A DNA stretch of 35,389 bases, taken from assembly GCA_007130445.1 (NCBI GenBank), contig SLSM01000285.1, forward strand, positions 1 to 35,389, given 5' to 3'. This stretch comes from Trueperaceae bacterium. Lineage in GTDB: Bacteria > Deinococcota > Deinococci > Deinococcales > Trueperaceae. The notes below the pieces were generated by a model. It was given only the letters and a program-made list of their open reading frames with translations. It did not search any database and had not been told where the DNA came from. Shown here one piece after another: positions 1 to 8,437 of this stretch (the stretch's first letter is position 1; every line of letters begins with the position of its first letter). The position numbers and the translations under genes are program-made.

Positions 1-1537
1 ACAGCGTCGCGACGACGCTCAGGTCGTCGAGGTCGTCCACCGGGTCGTGATCGAGCAACACGAGATCGGCGTCGAAGCCTTCGCTCACCCGACCGGAGCG
101 ATGCGAGCGGCCGATCGCCTGTGCGGCCCCGGCCGCGAAGGCCCGTAGCGCGGTCTCGGCTCCGATGGCCTCGTCGAGCGGCAGGTGCGTCCCATCCGCG
201 CCGCGGCGGCGCACGGCGGCGCGCAGGCCCGCGAACACGTCGGGTTCGGCGACCGGCGTGTCCGAGCCGAAGGCCAGCAGCGCGCCGGCGGCTGCGATCG
301 AGCGGAACGGGAACGCCCGCTCGAGGCGGTCACCGAGCGCGACCTGGATCGAAGCCGCATCGAAGGTGAGGTGGATGGGCTGCATCGACGCCGTCACGCC
401 GAGCCGGCCGAGTCGGGCGACGTCGTCGGGGTGAACGTGCTGCACGTGCTCGATGCGCGGCCTCAGGCCGGCCGGACGCCACGTCTCAACCGTCGCTTCG
501 AGCGCGTCGACCACCGCGCGAACCGCCGCGTCGCCGATGGCGTGCGTCACGGGCGCGAAACCGGCCTCGGCGACCAACCGGAAGCGCTCGCGCAGGACCG
601 TCGGTCCGTCCACGGTCATGCCGACGCCGCCGACGTCGCGGTACGCGTCGAGCATCCACGCGGTGCGGCTCCCGAGCGCGCCGTCCGCGAAGAACTTCGC
701 CCCACCGACGACGAAGCGCGCGCCGCCCTGCCCGCCGCTCATGCCGATCGCTGCGGCGTGCTCCACGTCGGCGTGCGGCACGCACGCCCAGACACGCAGT
801 GGGTAGTCGTCGCCCGAGGCGGCGTCGGCGATGGCGCGCCACGCCGCAGGCGGCTCGTAGGCCATGTGGTGGACCGTGGTGATGCCTCGTCGGGCGAGAT
901 CGACACCTGCGCTCTGCACCGCACGCGTCCAGTCGGCGCGCTCGACGACCGGGATGGCCGCAGCCACGAGGTCGACGGCGTGTTCGAGCAGGTACCCCGT
1001 CGGGGTGCCGTCGGCGTCACGGACGATCACACCGTGCTCGGGATCGGGCGTGGTGGCGTCGATCCCGGCGGCGACGAGCGCGGCGCGGTTGGCCCAACCG
1101 GCGTGGTGATCCTGAGAACGCAGCAGCACGGGGTGGCGCGGGGCGACGGTGTCGAGGGCGGCGGCCTCGAGGGTCGTGACGCCCCAGCGGTCGAGCGCGA
1201 AGCCGGCGCCGGTGATCCACGCCCCGGGCGCGCTACGGCCGGCGCGCTCGGCGACGCGCGCGAGGGCGCCGGCAAGGTCCGGCACGTCGTGCAGGGCGAC
1301 GGACGCGAGCTCCATGCCGTGCTGCGCCAGGTGTACGTGGGCGTCGTGGAAGCCGGGGAGCAGGCAGGTCGACGGCGCCTCGATCACGTCGGTGCGCGGG
1401 CCACGCCAGACCGACACGTCGGCGCGCGACCCGACGGCCACGATCCGGCCGTGGGCGATGGCGACGGCCTCGGCGCGCGGGCGCCCGGCGTCCAGGGTAC
1501 GGACGCGGCCGGGCAGGAGGATCAGGTCGGCATGCAT
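1..1537 (-). CDS. Amidohydrolase (YtcJ-like / amidohydrolase-3 type metal-dependent hydrolase); C-terminus lies beyond the window edge
   Basis: Absent from the ORF track because the frame stays open to position 1. Own translation from ATG at 1537 gives MHADLILLPGRVRTLDAGRPRAEAVAIAHGRIVAVGS...LLPGFHDAHVHL (HxH metal motif). Later motifs ...THAIGD..., ...RIEHVQ... and ...LAFGSD... appear in the order expected for this family. Confidence 0.8.
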   Translation of the reverse strand, partial: MHADLILLPGRVRTLDAGRPRAEAVAIAHGRIVAVGSRADVSVWRGPRTDVIEAPSTCLLPGFHDAHVHLAQHGMELASVALHDVPDLAGALARVAERAGRSAPGAWITGAGFALDRWGVTTLEAAALDTVAPRHPVLLRSQDHHAGWANRAALVAAGIDATTPDPEHGVIVRDADGTPTGYLLEHAVDLVAAAIPVVERADWTRAVQSAGVDLARRGITTVHHMAYEPPAAWRAIADAASGDDYPLRVWACVPHADVEHAAAIGMSGGQGGARFVVGGAKFFADGALGSRTAWMLDAYRDVGGVGMTVDGPTVLRERFRLVAEAGFAPVTHAIGDAAVRAVVDALEATVETWRPAGLRPRIEHVQHVHPDDVARLGRLGVTASMQPIHLTFDAASIQVALGDRLERAFPFRSIAAAGALLAFGSDTPVAEPDVFAGLRAAVRRRGADGTHLPLDEAIGAETALRAFAAGAAQAIGRSHRSGRVSEGFDADLVLLDHDPVDDLDDLSVVATL

Positions 1538-1544
1538 GGTGTCG

Positions 1545-1550
1545 AGTCTA
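1545..1550 (-). promoter_or_regulatory. -10-like box TAGACT, 7 nt upstream of ATG 1537 (leaderless-type)
   Basis: Reverse complement of agtcta. It lies in the 21-nt gap after the RNHCP stop, with no SD. Confidence 0.45.
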
Positions 1551-1558
1551 CCGGCACG

Positions 1559-1888
1559 TCAACGCCGCGCGGCGAGGGCGACGAGCACGTCGAAGTCGTC
1601 GGGGCAGTCGGGGTCGTCGAGCGCCGCTTTGTTGCGGCGCATCTCGCCGCACGCACGACAGCGATGCACGATCACCCAGCCCTTCTTGCCGGAGTGCTCG
1701 ACCGCGATCGGCTCGAGGACGCCCCCGCACGTGTTGGCGCGGTCGCCGGGGTTGACGTCGACGTGCAGCGAGTGCAGGCACCAGGGGCAGTGGTTGCGGT
1801 ACGAGCCGTTGACGAGCGGAGGGACGTCGGCGCCACAGTTCGAGCAGGTGAAGCCCGTGTTCGTCCCGATGGCCTGGAAGCGTCGCAC
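1559..1888 (-). CDS. RNHCP domain zinc-ribbon protein (function unknown)
   Basis: Translation contains ...NGSYRNHCPWCLHSLHVD... plus cysteine pairs CSNC, CPWC and CRAC. The longest ORF starts at GTG 1930. TACACT at 1895-1900 followed by 6 nt and in-frame GTG 1888 (VRRFQAIGTNTGF...) suggests a leaderless start. Confidence 0.75.
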   Translation of the reverse strand: MRRFQAIGTNTGFTCSNCGADVPPLVNGSYRNHCPWCLHSLHVDVNPGDRANTCGGVLEPIAVEHSGKKGWVIVHRCRACGEMRRNKAALDDPDCPDDFDVLVALAARR

Positions 1889-1894
1889 GCGCGC

Positions 1895-1900
1895 AGTGTA
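1895..1900 (-). promoter_or_regulatory. -10-like box TACACT, 6 nt upstream of in-frame GTG 1888 (leaderless-type)
   Basis: Same hexamer and spacing as upstream of the C-N hydrolase gene. Confidence 0.4.
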
Positions 1901-1981
1901 GCGCCACGGACCCGCGGCGACGGTGCCCACTCGGACGGCTCGGGCCAGGTGCTCCGTGGCACGGCGAAACGCGCCGCGATG

Positions 1982-3448
1982 TCAGCCGCAGTCCTCGTCC
2001 AAGACGGCGCTCCTCGCGGCGACGCGACGCTCGACCTTGGCCACGTACGCATCCGGGTCGCCCTTGCGGCGCAGCCCGGCGGCGACCATCGAGCGCACCG
2101 TGCCGAACACCGGTCGCTCGGGCCAGGGACGGTCGTGCCGACCGTAGACCCAGGACACGCCGGCGTACGAGTTGGGATCGCGTCCGTCGAGGAAGTAGCG
2201 GTCGTTCAGCGTGCGCGTGAGGTCGAACGCGGCCTCCGGATCGCGGCTCCAGGCGAGGATGCGCTTGCCCCAGTACATGCGCATGTAGTTGTGCATGTAG
2301 CCCGTGGCGCGCATCTCGAGCATGGCGGCGTTCCAGTACGGGTCGTCGGTCTCTGCCGCCTCGAGCGTGGCGGGGTCGTAGACGCGCTCACGTTCGTCGT
2401 GGGCGTGCTTCGCCAGCGTCTTCCGGGCCCACTCCGGGAGCGCGTCGTAGCGGTCGTAGCCGGGCTCGAACCAGGCGTGGTTGATGGCGAGCTCGCGTCG
2501 CACCACAAGCTCTTCGATGAACGCGTCGCGCGACCGCGTCGCCGCGTCCCGGTCACGTGCTGCGTCCGTGACCGCGCGCAAGACGCGCACCGGTGAGACC
2601 TGGCCGAAGTGGAGGTGCATGCCGAGGTACGAGACGGCGTCGCGTTGCGGCTGGTTCCGGCCGTCGCCGTACGCGTCGAGGACGCAGTCCGTGAGGCGAC
2701 GGAGCGCGGCGGCGGCCTGGGCCGCGCCGCCGTGGAAGTACGCGCTGACGCTCCCGGCGGTGCCATCGACACCGAGCCGGCGCGTCAGCGCGAGCGGGTC
2801 GTCGAGCTCCGCCTCGAGGCCGCTGCCCTCACCCGGTGGTGCCGCGTCGGTCGGCCACCGCTTCGCCACCGCGACGGGCGAGGGCAGCGCGACGAAACGC
2901 TCCAGCAGCCGTTGCACCTTGGGACGCAGCGTTCGCGCCATGTACTCCGCCTTGCCGCTCGCGACCTCGACCGGCACGACGGCCTCCCCCTCGACCTCGA
3001 CCACGCCGCAGAGTGCCTCCGCCGCCACCCGAGCACGCCACGCTCGTTGATGCCGGAGGTAGCCCCGGTCGCACACCAGCACGGCGGCACCCCGCGCGGC
3101 GGCGAGGGCGACCTCGTCGGGCGCACCCGCGCGGCACGCGAAGCCGACGCCACGCTCCGCCAGAGCGTCGCGCACCTCGCGCAGGCCCTCGAGCATGAAG
3201 ACGAACGACCGCTCGCTCGCACCTGGGTAGCGGGCGTCGAGCCCGACGACGACGCAGGCCGGCCGGTCCCACCGTGACGCCAACGCCAGGGCGTGCTCGA
3301 GCGCAGGGTTGTCGCGAGCGCGCTGCGCCTGTTGCATCCAGTACACGACGGGCCCCGGACTCGGCCCTTCGGCAGCGCGCCGGACGTGGACGCGTTCGGG
3401 CGGGGTGAGTTCGGGGACGGTCAGGGCGCGCGCCTCGTGATCGGACAT
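1982..3448 (-). CDS. phr: Class II CPD deoxyribodipyrimidine photolyase
   Basis: 488 aa. N-terminus has VVYWMQQAQRARDNPALEHA. C-terminus has DPYWNAAMLEMRATGYMHNYMRMYWGKRILAWS...LNDRYFLDGRDPNSYAGVSWVYGRHDRPW, matching the class II photolyase FAD-binding region as I remember it from archaeal and plant enzymes. Confidence 0.9.
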   Translation of the reverse strand: MSDHEARALTVPELTPPERVHVRRAAEGPSPGPVVYWMQQAQRARDNPALEHALALASRWDRPACVVVGLDARYPGASERSFVFMLEGLREVRDALAERGVGFACRAGAPDEVALAAARGAAVLVCDRGYLRHQRAWRARVAAEALCGVVEVEGEAVVPVEVASGKAEYMARTLRPKVQRLLERFVALPSPVAVAKRWPTDAAPPGEGSGLEAELDDPLALTRRLGVDGTAGSVSAYFHGGAAQAAAALRRLTDCVLDAYGDGRNQPQRDAVSYLGMHLHFGQVSPVRVLRAVTDAARDRDAATRSRDAFIEELVVRRELAINHAWFEPGYDRYDALPEWARKTLAKHAHDERERVYDPATLEAAETDDPYWNAAMLEMRATGYMHNYMRMYWGKRILAWSRDPEAAFDLTRTLNDRYFLDGRDPNSYAGVSWVYGRHDRPWPERPVFGTVRSMVAAGLRRKGDPDAYVAKVERRVAARSAVLDEDCG

Positions 3449-3453
3449 GGCGC

Positions 3454-3459
3454 ATGCTA
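3454..3459 (-). promoter_or_regulatory. -10-like box TAGCAT, 5 nt upstream of photolyase ATG 3448 (leaderless-type)
   Basis: Reverse complement of atgcta, with no SD between box and ATG. Confidence 0.45.
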
Positions 3460-3558
3460 CGAGGTGCCGCGACTCGCGACCGTGCCGTCTCCTCCCCTCC
3501 CTGGTCGCCCTGGGCCGCGTACCATTGCGTATCGCGGCGTGGGCCGCGCCAGCGCATC

Positions 3559-5820
3559 ATGATCCTGCTCGAGTGCCACGACCTCTTGCTTCGCGCAGAC
3601 GACCGCGACCTGCTACGCGCCGACCTGGTGCTGCGCAGCGGTTGGCGTGTCGGTCTCGTCGGTCCCAACGGGAGCGGGAAGTCGACGCTCCTGAGAGCGC
3701 TGGCCGGGCGTGTGCCCCCAAGCGAGGGGCGCGTGTCGCGGCCGCCCGGCGTGGAGATCGATCTGGTCGAGCAGGACGTCGCGCCGGGTCAGGGCGTCGA
3801 CCTGTGGTCGTTGGCGCGGGCCCACCTCGGCACCATCCGCGCGCTCGAGTTCGAACTCGAGCGCGCGTACCGCGCCGCCCTGCACGACCCCGACGCCGGT
3901 GTGCGCTACGCCGAACTGCTCGCCGGCTTCGAGCGCCGTGGGGGCTTCGACGCCGATGCACGACTGATGCGCGACCTCGAGCGCGTCGGCCTGACGCCGG
4001 CGATGTGCCAGCGGCCCGCGGCGGAGGCCTCCGGAGGCGAGCGCCAGCGCGCACGGCTCGTCGGGGCACTCGTCGCAGGCGCCGACGTGCTGCTGCTCGA
4101 CGAGCCGAGCAACCACCTCGATTTGGCCGGCCGGGACTGGCTGGTCGAACGCCTCACCGCCCACGAGGGCGCGGTGCTGGTGGCGTCGCACGACCGCGCC
4201 TTGTTGCAGCGCGCCTGCACGCACGTGGCCACGATCGACGGCGGTCGCATCACGCTCCGCCGCGGGAACTTCGACCGCACGACGCAGGCGCTGGCAGATG
4301 CGGCGCGCTCTGGTGCACGGCGCCAGGCGGAGCGTGCGAAGCGCCTCGCCGAGCTCGATCGCATGGCGGCCGACCTCGAACGCTTCGGCAACCGCGCTGC
4401 GCAGGTGCGCAAGCGTCGGGCGCGACGCGAACGCGCCGCACTCGAAGCCGCCGCGACGGCCACGCCGACGGTGCCGCGCGACCACACGACACCGGCGCGC
4501 CCGCGCGCGACGACCGTCGCTCGAGCAGGCGTCACGCTGCTGCGGGCCCGACACCTACAGATCCCCGGCATCCTGGACGATGGCGCGTTCGACCTGGAGA
4601 GTGGACAGCGCGTGGCGCTCGTGGGACCGTCCGGCAGCGGCAAGAGTTCGCTCCTGGCCATCGTGGCGGGCACGGCCGCCTCGACGGATCCGCGTGCCCG
4701 CCTGGCGTGGCGCGACGGCACCAGTGTGCTGTACCTCGACCAGGTCGCGCGCGGACTCGATCCGGAGCGCAGCGCGCGAGCGGCCTTGAGCGATTGGGTG
4801 AGCGCGGCACAGGCCACCGGTGCGCTCGCGGAGGCCGGACTCCCCCACGCCGTCTGGGACCGGCCCGGGAGCACGCTGTCCGGCGGTGAGCGTGCGCGCG
4901 TCGCGCTGGCCCTGCTGACGGTCCGCGAGGCCGACGTCCTCATCCTGGACGAGCCGACGAACGATCTCGACCTGCCCGGCATCGAGGCGCTCGAGGCGCT
5001 GCTGGCAGCGTCGCCGGCCGCCATCGTGATCGCCAGCCACGACGAGGCCCTGGTGCGCGCGCTGCAGGCCGAAGTCGTGACGCTGGAGTCCGCCGCGCTC
5101 GTGCGCTACCGGGGCGGCATCGACGGCTACCGTCGCCGCTCGCGTCGCCTTGAGCCGGGCGCGGACGGCGGCCGAGGCGCGGAGGGCGACTCGACTGGCG
5201 GCGTCGACTCCGCCGACGCCGACACCCGCGCCACCGACCCCGACGCGGACGACGCCATCGACCGGGAGCGCGCCCTCGTGGCGTCCGCACTCGAGGACCC
5301 GCTGCGCTGGAGCCCTCGTGCGCTCGAGCGTTGGAACGCGCGCCGCGAGGCGGCCGAGGTCGCCCTGCTCGACGCGTGGGAGCGACGCAACCCCGACCCG
5401 GCTCCGGCGCCTCGCTTCCGAACGCGCGAGGCTGGCGTGGCCGTGCTGGCCGACCGCGATGGCGATGCGCTGCGGGTCGACCTGGAGGGGGGGCCCGGCG
5501 TGGTGGTCCGCCGTGTCGGCGCGGTGGCGCACCTGCGCCCGGAACGCGTCGAGGGCCTGATGACACTGCCGTGGGCGTGGCGCGCGCTGTGCCACGGCGC
5601 GGCTCGGTTCGCGATCTACCTGTTGCCGGTCGAGGCCGTGCAGGTGTCGAGCCCGGTCCCCCTCGCGGGCGGCCCGTTCGAGCGGCACGACGGCGACTGG
5701 TGGGTGGTCCGGCGCGCTGCGCTCGAGCGCAGCGAGGGCTGGACGCAGGGCTCCGTCGCTCGACGACGAGGCCAGCGGTGGCGTGGCGGCCCGACAGGGC
5801 GCGTCTGCCAGGGCCGCTAA
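3559..5820 (+). CDS. ABC-F family ATPase (two ABC cassettes, no membrane domain) with a long C-terminal extension
   Basis: Walker A GPNGSGKST and GPSGSGKSS. Signatures ASGGERQR and LSGGERAR. Walker B LLLDEPSNHLD and LILDEPTNDLD. An Arg/Ala-rich inter-domain linker is present. Natural family N-terminus MILLECHDLLL at ATG 3559, while the ORF-track start 3454 adds 35 atypical residues. About 240 aa after the second cassette have no motif I recognise. Confidence 0.85.
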   Translation: MILLECHDLLLRADDRDLLRADLVLRSGWRVGLVGPNGSGKSTLLRALAGRVPPSEGRVSRPPGVEIDLVEQDVAPGQGVDLWSLARAHLGTIRALEFELERAYRAALHDPDAGVRYAELLAGFERRGGFDADARLMRDLERVGLTPAMCQRPAAEASGGERQRARLVGALVAGADVLLLDEPSNHLDLAGRDWLVERLTAHEGAVLVASHDRALLQRACTHVATIDGGRITLRRGNFDRTTQALADAARSGARRQAERAKRLAELDRMAADLERFGNRAAQVRKRRARRERAALEAAATATPTVPRDHTTPARPRATTVARAGVTLLRARHLQIPGILDDGAFDLESGQRVALVGPSGSGKSSLLAIVAGTAASTDPRARLAWRDGTSVLYLDQVARGLDPERSARAALSDWVSAAQATGALAEAGLPHAVWDRPGSTLSGGERARVALALLTVREADVLILDEPTNDLDLPGIEALEALLAASPAAIVIASHDEALVRALQAEVVTLESAALVRYRGGIDGYRRRSRRLEPGADGGRGAEGDSTGGVDSADADTRATDPDADDAIDRERALVASALEDPLRWSPRALERWNARREAAEVALLDAWERRNPDPAPAPRFRTREAGVAVLADRDGDALRVDLEGGPGVVVRRVGAVAHLRPERVEGLMTLPWAWRALCHGAARFAIYLLPVEAVQVSSPVPLAGGPFERHDGDWWVVRRAALERSEGWTQGSVARRRGQRWRGGPTGRVCQGR

Positions 5821-5823
5821 GCT
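5818..5823 (+). promoter_or_regulatory. -10-like box TAAGCT, 6 nt upstream of DUF3810 ATG 5830; its TAA is the ABC-F stop codon
   Basis: Read directly from gccgcTAAGCTgggcgcATG. Confidence 0.35.
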
Positions 5824-5829
5824 GGGCGC

Positions 5830-6939
5830 ATGCCGCGCCGCATCGCCACGCTCGGCCGGGCGCTCCTCTGGCTGGCATCCGCCTCGTTGGTCGGCCTCGT
5901 CGCGTGGTTGCTGCTCGCTCCGCCTGCCTGGATCGAGACGGTGTGGCTCCACGGTCCGTGGCCGCGCTGGGCGCACGGTACCAGCCGACTCCACACGGCG
6001 ACGGCGCTGCCCCTGACCGCGATCGTCGTGCTCGTCGGCACCGCGCTCACGCTGTCCGTGGCGCTGCTGCGACCACCGCGCTGGCGCCGCTCCGGCGTGG
6101 CGCTGCTCGCCTGGCTGGCGCTGCTCGCCTTGACGTTCGTACCGGCGTGGGGCGCGAGCTATCGACGCGCACCGCTCGCTCAGACGCTCGGACTCGCCGA
6201 CGACGCCGCCACCGTGCCCGTCCTCCTCGAAGCGTTCGAGCGGCTGGCCGCTCGCGTCCACGCCGACGCCCCGGAGCGGGCCCTCGCGGCGTCCGCGAAC
6301 GACGCGGCGTTCGACGCCGCCGTGGCGGCGGCCGCCCGCTGCGTGTCCGAGGCAGACGCGCTGGTGAGCGGCCGCGTGATCAGCGTTCCAGCCCGCGTGA
6401 CGCCACTGCCCGAAGGCACCTTGCTTCGCGCTGGCTACGGCGGGATCTCGCTCCCGTGGCTGCTCGAGCCACACGTCGACCAGGGCCTGCCGCCTGCCGC
6501 ACGCCTCGCGGTCGCGACGCACGAACTGGCCCATGCTGCCGGTTGGGCCCGCGAGGCGGACACCGACGCGCTGGCGATGCTGGCCGGGATCGGTTGCGAT
6601 CACGATTGGGTCCGCTACGCCAACGCTCTGGCCGGTATGCAGGCCGTTCGTGCGTCGCTGGTGCCGCTCGTCGACGCACAGGGCGTCGAGCGCGCCAGCG
6701 TCGACGCCACGCTGGCGGCGCTCCCGCCCGCCGCTCACGCCGACCGCGCCGCCCTCGTGGAGGCCGTTGCCCACTGGTACCGACCGGCCTTCGCGCAGCG
6801 TGTGACGACGGTGTACGACGCCTACCTGCGCAGCCAGGGCGTCGACGCAGGCGTGGCCGATTACGACGCCTCGGGCGCCCTGCTCGCGGCGGCGCTCGCT
6901 GCCTGCGACCGCGGTGCGACGCGGCCGTGGTGCCGCTGA
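5830..6939 (+). CDS. DUF3810-like membrane zinc metalloprotease-like protein
   Basis: N-terminal hydrophobic helices (LLWLASASLVGLVAWLLL, TAIVVLVGTALTLSVALL, VALLAWLALLALTF) plus HExxH motif HELAHAAGW. The size and layout match what I recall for DUF3810. Confidence 0.65.
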   Translation: MPRRIATLGRALLWLASASLVGLVAWLLLAPPAWIETVWLHGPWPRWAHGTSRLHTATALPLTAIVVLVGTALTLSVALLRPPRWRRSGVALLAWLALLALTFVPAWGASYRRAPLAQTLGLADDAATVPVLLEAFERLAARVHADAPERALAASANDAAFDAAVAAAARCVSEADALVSGRVISVPARVTPLPEGTLLRAGYGGISLPWLLEPHVDQGLPPAARLAVATHELAHAAGWAREADTDALAMLAGIGCDHDWVRYANALAGMQAVRASLVPLVDAQGVERASVDATLAALPPAAHADRAALVEAVAHWYRPAFAQRVTTVYDAYLRSQGVDAGVADYDASGALLAAALAACDRGATRPWCR

Positions 6940-6960
6940 CGTCGACGGGCCCACGTCAGC
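6935..6960 (+). terminator. Hairpin GCTGACGT-(10 nt)-ACGTCAGC overlapping the DUF3810 stop codon; no U-tract
   Basis: Perfect 8-bp inverted repeat read directly. It is followed by gcagggtgg, so it is not a canonical intrinsic terminator. Confidence 0.3.
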
Positions 6961-6991
6961 GCAGGGTGGAACGGGCACCGGCCCACTCGGG

Positions 6992-6997
6992 TAGAGT
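6992..6997 (+). promoter_or_regulatory. -10-like box TAGAGT upstream of the MFS transporter leader
   Basis: One of two TANNNT matches in the 144-nt gap between DUF3810 and MFS (the other, TATGCA at 7021-7026, lies inside the candidate uORF). An ATG (7006) follows it by 8 nt. Confidence 0.3.
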
Positions 6998-7083
6998 GTG
7001 GCCAGATGCGTTCACGTGACATATGCAAGCCCGTGCGACACGGGTCCCGTGGGGGCGGCCCCGGCGTGAGCAGAGGCTGACGG

Positions 7084-8394
7084 GTGCAGCGGCTCCGCAG
7101 GCGTTTCGCCTTGACGGACGAAGCGGGCGTCACGCGTAGGTTCGCCCTGGTCACAGGCGTCCAGGAGTTCGCCATCTGGCTGCCGCTGCCGGTGATGGTC
7201 CTCCACATGAACGAGCGCGGGATCGACCTGGCGCTGATCGGCCTCGCCTTCGCCCTCCGTGCCGTGTGCGTGGTCGTGCTCGAGCTCCCGACGGGCGGGC
7301 TCGCCGACGCCATCGGCCGCAAGCCGATCGCGCTCGCCTCGCAAGCGTTCACGTTCGTGTCGCTCGTCTTCTTGTTGTTCGTCGGAGGCCCCGTCACGCT
7401 CTTCGCGTACGCCCTGTTCCAGGGCATCGGTTCGGCGCTCCACAGCGGAGCGCTCGAGGCGTGGTACGTCGATCGGCTCCGCTCCGCCAACGCAGGCGTC
7501 GCGTTGCAGCCCCACCTCGCCAGCATCGCGGTCGCTCAGACGAGTGCGATGCTGGCGGGCGCCGCCATCGGCGGGACGCTGCCGGCGCTCGTCAGCGGTC
7601 TCGCGTTGCCGTGGCCGCTGGCGGGGTTCGGCGTCGCGTTGTTGGCGGGCCTCGCACTGCGCGCAGTGGCGCTGTGGCTGACGCTCGTCCTGGTCGAAGA
7701 GCCGGAGTTCGTCGGCACTCGGCCCAGCGCCGCCCTCGGTACGGTGGCGATCGTGCGTGACGGCCTGCGCCTGGTGCAAAGCGTACCCGTGATGCGCTAC
7801 CTGCTCGTCGCCGGCGCAGCGATGGGCATGGCGATCGTCAGCCTCGAGACGCTCTGGCAACCGATCGCCGGGCTCACCTTCGGCGCCGATCCGGAGGGGA
7901 GCGCCGTCTTCGGGGTGCTTGGGTTCGTCCTGGGCGGCGCCGGACTGCTCGGCAGCCTGGCGGTGATGCGCTTCGGCCACCTCGTCCCCGGTGGCGCACC
8001 CGTGCTCGCCGGGCTCAGTCAGCTCGTGAAGGGTGCCGCGATGCTGGTGCTCGCGTTGCACGCGGGCGCACTCGGCGTCGGCCTCGGCTTGGGGTTGGCG
8101 TTCTTCGCGATCGCGACACAGAACGTCCCGCACGACACGCTCGTCAACGACGCCGTACCCGCAGAGCGACGGTCGATCATGCTCAGCATCAACTCCTTGG
8201 TCTTCTTCGTCGGCGTCGCGATCGGCTCTGCGACCCTCGGCCCGCTCGCGAGTGCCACCGACCCGCGCTTCGCCCTCACGGTCGCAGCCGTGTGCACGCT
8301 ATTGGCCTGTGGCGCCTACGTCGGGGTCGCGGCGGCGCTGCGCACCACCGTGAACGCGAGCGCGCAGGCGTCCGAGAGCACGACGGGGCGCTGA
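7084..8394 (+). CDS. MFS transporter
   Basis: 436 aa with about 12 hydrophobic segments. Motif-A-like LPTGGLADAIGRKP lies between TM2 and TM3. GTG start is preceded by AGAGG 8 nt upstream. Confidence 0.8.
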   Translation: MQRLRRRFALTDEAGVTRRFALVTGVQEFAIWLPLPVMVLHMNERGIDLALIGLAFALRAVCVVVLELPTGGLADAIGRKPIALASQAFTFVSLVFLLFVGGPVTLFAYALFQGIGSALHSGALEAWYVDRLRSANAGVALQPHLASIAVAQTSAMLAGAAIGGTLPALVSGLALPWPLAGFGVALLAGLALRAVALWLTLVLVEEPEFVGTRPSAALGTVAIVRDGLRLVQSVPVMRYLLVAGAAMGMAIVSLETLWQPIAGLTFGADPEGSAVFGVLGFVLGGAGLLGSLAVMRFGHLVPGGAPVLAGLSQLVKGAAMLVLALHAGALGVGLGLGLAFFAIATQNVPHDTLVNDAVPAERRSIMLSINSLVFFVGVAIGSATLGPLASATDPRFALTVAAVCTLLACGAYVGVAAALRTTVNASAQASESTTGR

Positions 8395-8437
8395 GGCGCC
8401 AGTTGCCACAGCCACCACCGGCGCGATCGCGACGCGC

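Noticed and set aside
185-2596. 803-aa ORF on the plus strand
   Set aside because: It spans three well-supported minus-strand genes (amidohydrolase, RNHCP, photolyase), so it is an antisense G+C artefact.
3468-3478. Palindrome CGCGA-C-TCGCG in the photolyase / ABC-F divergent spacer, examined as a possible operator (an RDRM-like or LitR-like site was looked for)
   Set aside because: It is too short and too G+C-rich to distinguish from background. I saw no RDRM-like TT..G......C..AA 17-mer upstream of the photolyase.
4555-6978. 807-aa ORF on the minus strand
   Set aside because: It is antisense to the ABC-F and DUF3810 genes, whose plus-strand translations carry Walker A/B, ABC signature and HExxH motifs. 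The minus-strand product is Arg/Gly/Ala/Pro-rich low complexity with no motif. Long stop-free antisense frames are expected at this G+C content.
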